From a bacterium (lineage in GTDB: Bacteria; Patescibacteriota; Patescibacteriia; Patescibacteriales; UBA12465): DNA of 64,000 nt. The notes under the pieces were generated by a model. That model was given only the letters and a program-made list of their open reading frames with translations, searched no databases and was not told where the DNA came from. Each line of letters starts with the position of its first letter. Within the stretch, counting starts at the first letter, position 1. Shown in pieces: positions 18,944-27,140 of the stretch. The stretch spans positions 66,747-130,746 of the forward strand of contig JAUYNJ010000001.1 of assembly GCA_030696105.1 (NCBI GenBank), in the 5' to 3' direction. The position numbers and the translations under genes are program-made.

Positions 18944-18972
18944 AGTATACAATACTTAATAACATTTGTCAA
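18944..18972 (-). promoter_or_regulatory. near-consensus sigma70-like promoter (TTGACA-17-TATACT) for the HTH-PvcA-like/OMT operon
   Basis: On the minus strand, the -35 is at 18972-18967 and the -10 at 18949-18944, about 35 nt upstream of the start at 18909. Confidence 0.55.
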
Positions 18973-19033
18973 GAACGAGAAAAATCATTATTTAAAAACC
19001 CCGCCCAATACTTAATTTCCTCAATAATTTCGT

Positions 19034-20542
19034 CTAAAGAGTTGGAAATCCGTTTTTTAACGACCACATTAAGTCAAGACTCCCATTTTGGGGGTCTTTT
19101 GCGAATAAGGAATAAGGCTCTTTAAATTTAATATTAGTTATTTTTCCGTCTTTAACTTCAGCGTTCCAAAGTATATTTTTTATTATTTCTCTTTGTCTAT
19201 TAGGTTTAGCTTCTAAAAACTTATTTTTCATTGCCTGTTGGGCTAAAAATAAGTTTTTGACTTGTTCCAAAGTGATTTTAGCTAGTGGCTGATTTTTGTT
19301 CTCTAATGATTTTAATTCCTCATTTAATAAGTTCAGCTCGTCAGCTATCGTCTTTCGCTTGGCCTCAAAATCGTCCTTGTTAATGGCTTTATCTAATAGC
19401 AGGTTAAATAGTTCAGCTTGTCTGTCCTCTCTAATTTTGAGCCGTTTTGAGAGTTCGTTTTTAGTTCTAAGATATTCTTGATTCTCTGATTCCTGTTTTA
19501 ATTTATCTAGGCTCGCCTCATACATTAAATTAATCATTTCTTCGGGAAAAGTTAATCGCTCAAAAACATCAGCCAACATTTTAATAGCCTCGTCTTCTTT
19601 TAAATAACTCTTATGCTCCTCGCATTTATTTCTGCCATTAGTACAGTAATAGTAAATATGTTTGCCCCTCTTTTTACTGGCGGTATATAGACAACCACAA
19701 CGAGCGCAAACCATTAATCCCCGGAAAATAAAGTCTAAGCGATTCTTTTTAACATGCTGTTTTTTGTGCGCCATTTCTTGCGCCTCTTCAAATAGCCTTT
19801 TAGTGATTATTGGTTTATGGCTCCCTTGATACTCCTCGCCATGAGATGTCATTACCCCATAATAGAATTTATTGTTTAGCAAAGTATATATTTGCGACTT
19901 ATGGTATTTATTACCGCCCCGGCTTTTTAACCCGGACAGATATATTTTATTTGCTATTTCTTTAATCGTATAATTACCGCCGATATACATAGTAAATATT
20001 TGCTTAACATAGGGCGCTCGTTCCTTATCTACTAAAATTCCGCCCTTACCATCATTTAAATAACCAATCGGAGCGATACAAGGCCAGCCGCCTTTTTCCA
20101 GTTTAGTCCTTAATCCTCGTTTAACATTTTTACTCAAATCTAAAATATACTGGTTAGCCATTGAGCCCTCAATGTTTAGCAGTAAAACATTATCACTCGG
20201 CAAATATTGTTTATCGCTCGTCTGAATCACTTTGATTTTAGACTGCTGTAATAGCCATTGAATTTTTCCGCTGTCTATCGGATTTCTAGAGAGCCTATCT
20301 ATTTTCCAACATAATATTCCATAGCCCTCGGCTTCATTATTATTTTCTAACAGTTTAAGCATCTCTAAAAACACAGGCCGATTATTTGGCAGTTTAGCCG
20401 ATTTACTTTCCGTATATATTTTAGCAATTTCCAAACCTAAACTATGAGCCAGTTTTTTCATCTCGTTTACTTGGCTTTCCAGGGATAGTATTTGTTTGCT
20501 CTTGTCTTCACTAGACTTACGAGCATAGAGAATATATTTCAT
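19034..20542 (-). CDS. large serine recombinase (integrase) 2
   Basis: The product has MKYILYARKSSEDK, WKIDRLSRN, a recombinase domain, a zinc ribbon (CARCGCLYTA...YYYCTNGRNKC) and a coiled-coil tail. It is highly divergent from recombinase 1. Confidence 0.85.
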   Translation of the reverse strand: MKYILYARKSSEDKSKQILSLESQVNEMKKLAHSLGLEIAKIYTESKSAKLPNNRPVFLEMLKLLENNNEAEGYGILCWKIDRLSRNPIDSGKIQWLLQQSKIKVIQTSDKQYLPSDNVLLLNIEGSMANQYILDLSKNVKRGLRTKLEKGGWPCIAPIGYLNDGKGGILVDKERAPYVKQIFTMYIGGNYTIKEIANKIYLSGLKSRGGNKYHKSQIYTLLNNKFYYGVMTSHGEEYQGSHKPIITKRLFEEAQEMAHKKQHVKKNRLDFIFRGLMVCARCGCLYTASKKRGKHIYYYCTNGRNKCEEHKSYLKEDEAIKMLADVFERLTFPEEMINLMYEASLDKLKQESENQEYLRTKNELSKRLKIREDRQAELFNLLLDKAINKDDFEAKRKTIADELNLLNEELKSLENKNQPLAKITLEQVKNLFLAQQAMKNKFLEAKPNRQREIIKNILWNAEVKDGKITNIKFKEPYSLFAKDPQNGSLDLMWSLKNGFPTL

Positions 20543-20603
20543 ATTGGTTAAATGATTAGCTATTCAGATTCCTGTCTAATTATAAGTTCTTTTAAACAAG
20601 GAT

Positions 20604-20657
20604 AACTTTTTCTTTTCGGCTCCCCCTCCGGGGGATCCGCCGAAAAGAAAAAAAGTT
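20604..20657. repeat. nested hairpin/cruciform element, copy 2 (core GGCTCCCCCTCCGGGGGATCCGCC)
   Basis: Arms aactttttcttttcggc and gccgaaaagaaaaaaagtt pair around the TCCCCC..GGGGGA palindrome. The core matches copy 1, but the outer arms differ and remain self-complementary. Confidence 0.8.
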
Positions 20658-20720
20658 TATTCCTTGGTTAATAGAGAAATCAGATAAAAAGAAAGAATCT
20701 TAATACTACTATTATATGGA

Positions 20721-20910
20721 AACGACTTGCACCATCTTGCATGCAAGACTGAATCCCATATTTTATTGTATTTATTGGCTTTTTTATTGGTTTAGCACCA
20801 TTACCTTATTAGTATAGAGAATCGGTCTTGTACTATCTTGTATACAAGATATAAATTAAAGTAATCCTGTTTTTATTGGTCTTTTTATGCTATTTTGTAC
20901 CATATTAGGC
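20721..20910. repeat. two diverged ~100-bp tandem units, each with a 12-bp palindrome (CTTGCATGCAAG / CTTGTATACAAG) and TTGyACyAT motifs; iteron- or operator-like
   Basis: By manual alignment, cgacttgcaccatcttgcatgcaagac matches cggtcttgtactatcttgtatacaagat. Each unit also has ttattggc(t)ttttttat and a terminal g(c/t)accat. The palindromes are at 20736-20747 and 20837-20848. Confidence 0.65.
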
Positions 20911-20915
20911 CGGGC

Positions 20916-20944
20916 TTGACATTAATTGACAAAAATGCTATAAT
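20916..20944 (+). promoter_or_regulatory. perfect consensus sigma70-type promoter TTGACA-17-TATAAT
   Basis: The -35 is at 20916-20921 and the -10 at 20939-20944. It reads into a ~115-nt leader with a 12-bp inverted repeat (20983-20994 / 21025-21036), then the ORF at 21065. Confidence 0.6.
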
Positions 20945-21064
20945 TTAGTCATTAAAATGGTTCGTTTACAAATAAGGTTAAATTTGATTAATTACCAAGT
21001 TCGTCTGAAATTAGGTGAATTTAGTAATTAATCAAATAATTATTAATCTTAAAAAAAGGAAGTC

Positions 21065-21592
21065 ATGAAAAAAGGAGTTATTATTATTTCGTTTGTTATC
21101 GCAATTCTTTGCGGTTCTATGGTGTATTTTTATCTTTCAACAAATAAAAATACGGAAATTAAAAAAAATCCAGAAAAGGTTGTTCTTACAAAAAATGTTG
21201 GTATGGAAAATCCTATTGTTATAAAATATTCTGAATACAATGGCCAGCCAATTGAAATTGTGTATGATTCAATCCAGAAAAGAATAAGCCTTCGTGTTCA
21301 CGAAGATTACGTATGCGGTGGCGATAAAGAGTTGCAGGTATTAAAAACAAAAGTATCCGAAATCTGTACCAGTGAAAAAATTATTACCATAGGTAATAGC
21401 GGGTATAGTTTATGCTTTTTGGGCGGGTTTCCAGAATGGAGCCCATATCACTCCCTTGGACCTAATTATTCTAACGCCTGTTTGCTTTTCTCTAGCAAAA
21501 CAACCCTAAAAAACAAAGTTTTTTATATTACAGGCGAAAATAATAAAAGAGGGTATTATCCTTATGCCGATTCAGTGGGAACGACATTATAG
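21065..21592 (+). CDS. membrane-anchored or secreted hypothetical protein (island cargo)
   Basis: N-terminal hydrophobic helix MKKGVIIISFVIAILCGSMVYFYL, an AGGAAG ribosome-binding site upstream, and AT-rich composition like the island. Confidence 0.5.
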   Translation: MKKGVIIISFVIAILCGSMVYFYLSTNKNTEIKKNPEKVVLTKNVGMENPIVIKYSEYNGQPIEIVYDSIQKRISLRVHEDYVCGGDKELQVLKTKVSEICTSEKIITIGNSGYSLCFLGGFPEWSPYHSLGPNYSNACLLFSSKTTLKNKVFYITGENNKRGYYPYADSVGTTL

Positions 21593-21605
21593 TTTAAAAG
21601 AGCTA

Positions 21606-21636
21606 AAGGAAGTCTATCAACGACTTCCTTTTTTAT
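21606..21636 (+). terminator. intrinsic terminator
   Basis: Stem AGGAAGTC / GACTTCCT followed by a T-run. Confidence 0.6.
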
Positions 21637-21800
21637 TTGTCTAAAGCTATAATATCAACATATCTATTATTAACGAGCCATGTTCCTAAATCGTACCAGG
21701 CTCCCCACGTAATAAAAATAACTCCACCTGCGTGGAGTTGTTTGTTAACAGCATTAGATTCAGCCTTTTAAAAAAGCCGTAATAATTTTACGGCTTAAAA

Positions 21801-22730
21801 TTACTTGAAAAACAACTCCGGACGCAGGTCGCACTCGAATAAATCGACGCCCTCCAGCTGCTTATATAGCTCCACCCAGGGCTGCTGCAAAACGGCACTT
21901 AACTCCTTTTCTCTTGGCTCGAGTGCAAGTTTTGCCATAGTACGTACCTCATTATTGTCCATAATCACCAAGGCTGTTAAGGGGTCAACCTGCAGATAGT
22001 CTCGGTGCTCCCTCAAAAACTTCTCAACTGCACACATTTCTTTATACGCCTGCTCTCGCTCTGGGCCGAGATCGATTTGAGTATATAAATTTATATACAA
22101 CCAAGAGCGCAAGTCAGCAAATTGCCGAGCAGTTTCACACTGACTGAAACTTATTCGTCCTTCCTTCTTGCTTTCTTTCACTAGTTCACTAATGCAAGTA
22201 GAAAGATCTAAATAAAGATATTCAGCAGGTAGATTTTGCGGCTGAAGGTATCCAATTGATAAAGCATCCTCAATATCTTTAAAGACATAAGACAATTTAT
22301 CAGCAAACATCACGGCGTCATATTCTAAAACAACGTCACCATTAGTTACCATTTTACCCATGCCACGCGAATGCAGCATAATACCGACAAGCGTTTCGTA
22401 GGCAGCGTTGATATCGACTTTAGCAATATTTACGCTCATAATCTCATGCTTGAACGTTTTGCCACTTAGAGCCGAAGCACACCTTTCGCCTAAATGGCCG
22501 AAGGGAGTGTGCCCAATGTCATGCAGTAATGCAATCGCCTGCACAAGCGAAACATTTAACCCGGTCTCTTGGGCAATTCTTGTTGCTACCGAGAAAACCA
22601 TCATCGAATGCTTGAGTCGGTTCGCTACCGGCAGTGATGGGTCAAACACTTGGGTTTTATTCGCCAAGCGTTTAAAAAAAGGACTTTGGGTGGCAGACAC
22701 CAGATCGTTTAAATATGGATCGTTCCCCAC
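21801..22730 (-). CDS. HD-domain dNTP triphosphohydrolase-like protein (dGTPase family); N-terminus possibly frameshifted
   Basis: The sequence FKRLANKTQVF...RLKHSMMV...ALLHDIGHTPFGHLGE is typical of Dgt-like HD hydrolases. The ORF begins at GTG, and a 33-codon ORF in another frame upstream looks like the missing N-terminus. Confidence 0.7.
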   Translation of the reverse strand: MGNDPYLNDLVSATQSPFFKRLANKTQVFDPSLPVANRLKHSMMVFSVATRIAQETGLNVSLVQAIALLHDIGHTPFGHLGERCASALSGKTFKHEIMSVNIAKVDINAAYETLVGIMLHSRGMGKMVTNGDVVLEYDAVMFADKLSYVFKDIEDALSIGYLQPQNLPAEYLYLDLSTCISELVKESKKEGRISFSQCETARQFADLRSWLYINLYTQIDLGPEREQAYKEMCAVEKFLREHRDYLQVDPLTALVIMDNNEVRTMAKLALEPREKELSAVLQQPWVELYKQLEGVDLFECDLRPELFFK

Positions 22731-22936
22731 TTCTGACTCGTCAAACGGCTACGGCCGCGAGAGTGCGAATAATCAAAGGCACGCAGGCCAGAAATTATTG
22801 TTGTTTTCATGATTTATGTTTTTTTTCTTGTTTACTTGTGAAGAACTAATTAATGTAAAATATTATAATCATTACAAACAATTGTCAACATAAAATCCGC
22901 CTAACTAGGCGGACCTATGAGGAGCAAGGAAGAAAA

Positions 22937-23917
22937 TTAGTACAATTCGTAAGCAATAAACAATAAGTATAAGGCGATAAGAACAGCCCCCTCCCAACGC
23001 TCAAAACGACGTTTGGTAACGTAAAACCAGGAAATACATGCTAAGGTCAAACCAATAAATAGCATTAAAACGTAATAGCGCCAATTTACATTTACCGTTA
23101 GAGGTGCAATAAAGGTGAGAATTGAAAGAACCAGGATATTGCTAACAGCGGACCCTACCAGGTGTCCAAAGGATAAGTCGCCACTTTTGTTTTTAACTGA
23201 GCGCAGCATGACGGTAATTTCTGGTAGGTTCGTACCAATCGCAAAAACTAGCAAGCCGATTAAAAATGGTGGCACAGATAACCTCGTGAGCGCGATGTCG
23301 GCAATTTCCATAATGACGTAAGATGAGATGCTCACTAGTGCTAGGCCGGCGAGCGCCCAAATAAATTCCCGTTGCAAGTTTTTTCGCCACTGCATCGCCC
23401 TCTGCCAGCGACCACCAACCTTCTCCTGCTCTAATACTATTTTCTCCGTTGATTCGTCTTTGTGATACTGACCACCAGTCTTCAAATCTAAATATATCAA
23501 AACAAAATAGGCAATCATCAACAAGGCGCCATCATAATAATGAAGAGTGCCGCGGAGACCTAAAAAAAGTGACAAGATGATAAGAATGAAGCTAGGTAAA
23601 ATCACCACTAAGCGTCCGTCCGTTTTAATTTCTCTTTGCAAATAAATTGAAGAGCCAAGAATTAAGGCCAGAATAACCATAATCCCTCCCCAGATATTTC
23701 CTAAAGACAAGCCGGGTAAGCCGCGACTGACGGCATTAAGCCCAACCATAAACTCAGGGATTGTCGTCAAAAAACCTAGCAGTGTGCCAAGCAGCACTGG
23801 ATGTATTTTGGTATGATCTGCAATGGCGCGTAGGTTGCCGACGAGTAAATCAGCCCCGCGTCCGAGGATAATAAAAAAGACAGCGGCTAAAAAAATAAGA
23901 GCAATAGTCGTTGCCAT
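22937..23917 (-). CDS. Ca2+/Na+ antiporter (CaCA family) membrane protein
   Basis: The product is polytopic and hydrophobic, with two alpha-repeat-like motifs (GNIWGGIMV; GTNLPEITV). Confidence 0.75.
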   Translation of the reverse strand: MATTIALIFLAAVFFIILGRGADLLVGNLRAIADHTKIHPVLLGTLLGFLTTIPEFMVGLNAVSRGLPGLSLGNIWGGIMVILALILGSSIYLQREIKTDGRLVVILPSFILIILSLFLGLRGTLHYYDGALLMIAYFVLIYLDLKTGGQYHKDESTEKIVLEQEKVGGRWQRAMQWRKNLQREFIWALAGLALVSISSYVIMEIADIALTRLSVPPFLIGLLVFAIGTNLPEITVMLRSVKNKSGDLSFGHLVGSAVSNILVLSILTFIAPLTVNVNWRYYVLMLFIGLTLACISWFYVTKRRFERWEGAVLIALYLLFIAYELY

Positions 23918-24342
23918 AAATAAGTAAAATTAATATATATCTATTCTAACAAATACTAAGAGAAGCGTAAAACATCGATAAATATCTAAGCCTTGACTAT
24001 TCTGATACTATGGTTTAGTATACTAATAACCAACAAATAAAGCGATGGAAGACGCAACAATTTCTGAACTTTTACCATCCGCAATCGCGCTGATAGGACT
24101 CTTAATAGCTATCATGCCCGAGCCGATGATGTATGAACAACTCTTTGTTTGTAAAGAAATTTGGGTCACAGAACTTTTTTGTAGGTGTGTAACTACGACG
24201 CGACAGGGTTATCCGAGTCAAATCGAACACATCCCGAAAAGTCTGGGCCAGAACTGCATCCACACTTACCTCTCCAAGGTAAGTGTTTTTCTTTATATGT
24301 CCCTTTTTGCCTATTCACTTCCGCCCGTGCTAAAATATAGAC

Positions 24343-27138
24343 ATGAAGAAAACAACTCCAAAATTTGTAATAATCGATGGAAACGCCCTAATTCACCGCA
24401 GTTTTCACGCCATTCCACCCTCTTTAACCACGAAAGATGGGACCTTAGTGAACGCGGTTTATGGCTTTACTTCTTTCATATTAAAGGCTTTTTTGGAAAT
24501 ACGTCCTGAATTCGCAGTTTTAACCTTTGATCGCGCCGCTCCCACCTTCCGTCACGTCGAATATGCCGAATATAAGGCGACAAGAACTAAGGCGCCTGAT
24601 GAATTATTTGCCCAATTCCCCATCGCTCGCCAAGTGGCTGAAGCGCTAGACATGCCTATTTTTGAACTTGACGGCTTTGAAGCCGACGACCTTATTGGCA
24701 CCATTGTGCGCCAAGCTGCGGCTGACACGCATTGGCACAGCATTATCATTACCGGCGATATGGACGCCCTACAACTCGTCGATGATCGCACCAGCGTCTA
24801 TGCGATGAGCCGTGGTCTAAGTGACAGCGTTCTTTATACTGCGAAAGAAGTTCAGGCTAAATATGGCTTAAGCCCCGATCAAATTGTAGACTACAAGGCC
24901 ATTCGCGGTGACGCAAGTGATAATATTCCTGGTGTTAAAGGCATTGGTGAAAAAGGGGCGACTGAATTATTGCAAAAATTTAAAACTTTAGACGGCGTCT
25001 ACGCGGCTGTAGAAAAAAAGGACGCAAGCATTAAGCTGCGCACCCTGGAACTTCTTATTAACGATAAAGAGAGCGCTTATCTAAGTCGTAGTCTTGCAAC
25101 TATCGATTGTAAGGCCCCTATCACTATCACTTGGCCGGACCTGCGCCTGGACTCTTTTGACGAACAAAAAGCAATTACTTTATTTCACGAACTTGAATTC
25201 AAATCACTGCTCGGCAAACTTGAACAAGTTAAAAATATGCATCGCGGTGTTGCGATAGATGCATCCGAGATGATTGAGTCCCCAGACAAATTTGAAAGAA
25301 ATAGAAGCGAGCGGAAATATAATTTAATAAGTGACGAAAAAAGTTTCAATTCATATTTAAAAATACTGTCACAGCAAAGCGCGCTTGCTTTTAACTTAGA
25401 AACTGAAGGACAAGACCCGCTCACCGCTAAGCTGCTCGGCATTTCTTTTGCCTTCAAAGACGGCGAGGCGGCGTATCTACATCTCTCTGCACCGACCGAG
25501 ACAAAAGCTAATTTGTTTAGTTACAAAAATGGCGAAGAACAAGCTCACGCGTGGCTCGAAAAACTAAAACCAATTTTAGAGTCCGAGACAATTAAAAAAT
25601 ACGGACACAATTTGAAATTTAGTCGCCGTCTCTTAAAACAAAGTGGCATCAATCTAAAAGGTCCCTTTAATGACACCTTGTTAGCTTCGTATATATTACA
25701 CCCCGATAACCGTCAGCACAGCCTTGAAGCCCTTGCCTTCCGTGAACTTGACTGGGAAAAAATTAGTGAAGCAGAACTGCTTGGTAAAGGTAAAGAGGCG
25801 ACGAGTATGTCGCAAGTACCGTCGGATAAATTAACGCAGTTCGCTGGTGAAAATGCAGATTGTATCTGGCGCTTGCAAAACAAGCTAAGTAAAGAGCTGA
25901 AGAAAACTAAACTTGAGAATTTACTTTCTGACATTGAGCTGCCACTGACAGCCGTGTTATCAGACATGGAGGACCATGGTATTTTGCTTGACGCTAAAGA
26001 ATTAGGGAAGCTCGCCAAGAAACTTGAAAAAAGACTTGAGACCTTAACTGCCGACGCTTATCGCCTCGCCGGCGAGGAGTTTAATTTGAATTCTCCCAAG
26101 CAATTGCAAGTAATTTTATTTGATAAACTTGCTCTTAATACAAAAGGTTTAAAGAAAACCAAGACGGGTGTTTCAACGGCTGATGATGAACTAGAAAAAT
26201 TAATTGGTTCTCACGATATTATTCCTATCATTCAGCAGTATCGAGAATTAAACAAACTACAAACTACTTATGTCACTGCGCTGCCGAACATGATTAACCC
26301 CCGCGACGGCCGCGTGCACACAACCTATAATCAGACGATTGCCGCAACCGGTCGTTTATCATCAACCGATCCTAATTTGCAAAATATTCCTACTCGCACC
26401 GAAGAAGGTCGCGAAATTCGTGCCGCCTTTGTAGCCGAAAAAGGTTATAAATTACTCGGGCTTGATTATTCACAAATTGAACTCCGTCTCGCCGCCCATT
26501 ATTCCAAAGACAAAAGAATGACTGCCGCCTTTAAAAATGGCGAAGACATTCATACCATCACCGCCGCTGCCATTCATAACATAAAGCCAGAAGAAGTAAC
26601 GAAAGATATGCGTCGAGCCGCGAAAGCCACGAACTTCGGCATCATCTACGGACAAGGCCCACACGGTCTCAGTCAGGCTGCCGGTATTAGCTACGCCGAA
26701 GCGCATGAATTCATCGATAAATATTTGAAAGTATATCCGGGTGTCAAAAAGATGATGGATGAGTTTATCGAGTCAGCCCGAGAGTTGGGATACGCGGAAA
26801 CACTATTCAAACGGCGCCGTCCTTTACCGGATTTAGACTCGACGATGATTCAAGTTCAGCGCGCGGGCGAGAGAATGGCGATTAATACCCCCCTGCAGGG
26901 AACAGCGGCGGATATGATAAAGCAAGCAATGCTCGACATCGCCAAGTATCTGCAAGGCAAAGAAGATGAAATTAGAATGCTCCTGCAGGTGCATGATGAG
27001 TTGATTTTTGAAGTTAAAGCGGATAAGCTTGATGAACATATCGACATTCTCAAAAAATTAATGGAATCAGCCCTTCCCTTGTCAGTTCCGGTAATCGTTG
27101 AGGCGGCTTCTGGCGATAATTGGGGAGAACTTAAATAA
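24343..27138 (+). CDS. polA: DNA polymerase I
   Basis: The 931-aa product has a 5'-nuclease N-terminus (IDGNALIHRSFHA), a 3'-5' exonuclease-like middle region and a family A polymerase C-terminus (DYSQIELRLAAH, QVHDELIFE). Confidence 0.95.
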   Translation: MKKTTPKFVIIDGNALIHRSFHAIPPSLTTKDGTLVNAVYGFTSFILKAFLEIRPEFAVLTFDRAAPTFRHVEYAEYKATRTKAPDELFAQFPIARQVAEALDMPIFELDGFEADDLIGTIVRQAAADTHWHSIIITGDMDALQLVDDRTSVYAMSRGLSDSVLYTAKEVQAKYGLSPDQIVDYKAIRGDASDNIPGVKGIGEKGATELLQKFKTLDGVYAAVEKKDASIKLRTLELLINDKESAYLSRSLATIDCKAPITITWPDLRLDSFDEQKAITLFHELEFKSLLGKLEQVKNMHRGVAIDASEMIESPDKFERNRSERKYNLISDEKSFNSYLKILSQQSALAFNLETEGQDPLTAKLLGISFAFKDGEAAYLHLSAPTETKANLFSYKNGEEQAHAWLEKLKPILESETIKKYGHNLKFSRRLLKQSGINLKGPFNDTLLASYILHPDNRQHSLEALAFRELDWEKISEAELLGKGKEATSMSQVPSDKLTQFAGENADCIWRLQNKLSKELKKTKLENLLSDIELPLTAVLSDMEDHGILLDAKELGKLAKKLEKRLETLTADAYRLAGEEFNLNSPKQLQVILFDKLALNTKGLKKTKTGVSTADDELEKLIGSHDIIPIIQQYRELNKLQTTYVTALPNMINPRDGRVHTTYNQTIAATGRLSSTDPNLQNIPTRTEEGREIRAAFVAEKGYKLLGLDYSQIELRLAAHYSKDKRMTAAFKNGEDIHTITAAAIHNIKPEEVTKDMRRAAKATNFGIIYGQGPHGLSQAAGISYAEAHEFIDKYLKVYPGVKKMMDEFIESARELGYAETLFKRRRPLPDLDSTMIQVQRAGERMAINTPLQGTAADMIKQAMLDIAKYLQGKEDEIRMLLQVHDELIFEVKADKLDEHIDILKKLMESALPLSVPVIVEAASGDNWGELK

Positions 27139-27140
27139 GT

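Larger units (their letters stand above)
9959..21760. mobile_element. AT-rich integrated island abutting the 3' end of tRNA-Ala, probably composite (two elements); right boundary approximate
   Basis: The island starts immediately after tRNA-Ala. It holds two large serine recombinases, an HUH Rep, defence-like genes, hairpin repeats and iteron-like repeats. By eye its composition is markedly more AT-rich than both flanks. Confidence 0.7.

Noticed and set aside
24045-24509. 154-aa ORF upstream of and overlapping polA
   Set aside because: It overlaps the polA start and promoter region and has no recognisable motifs. polA has a clean ATG at 24343 preceded by a promoter-like TTGACT...TAGTAT.
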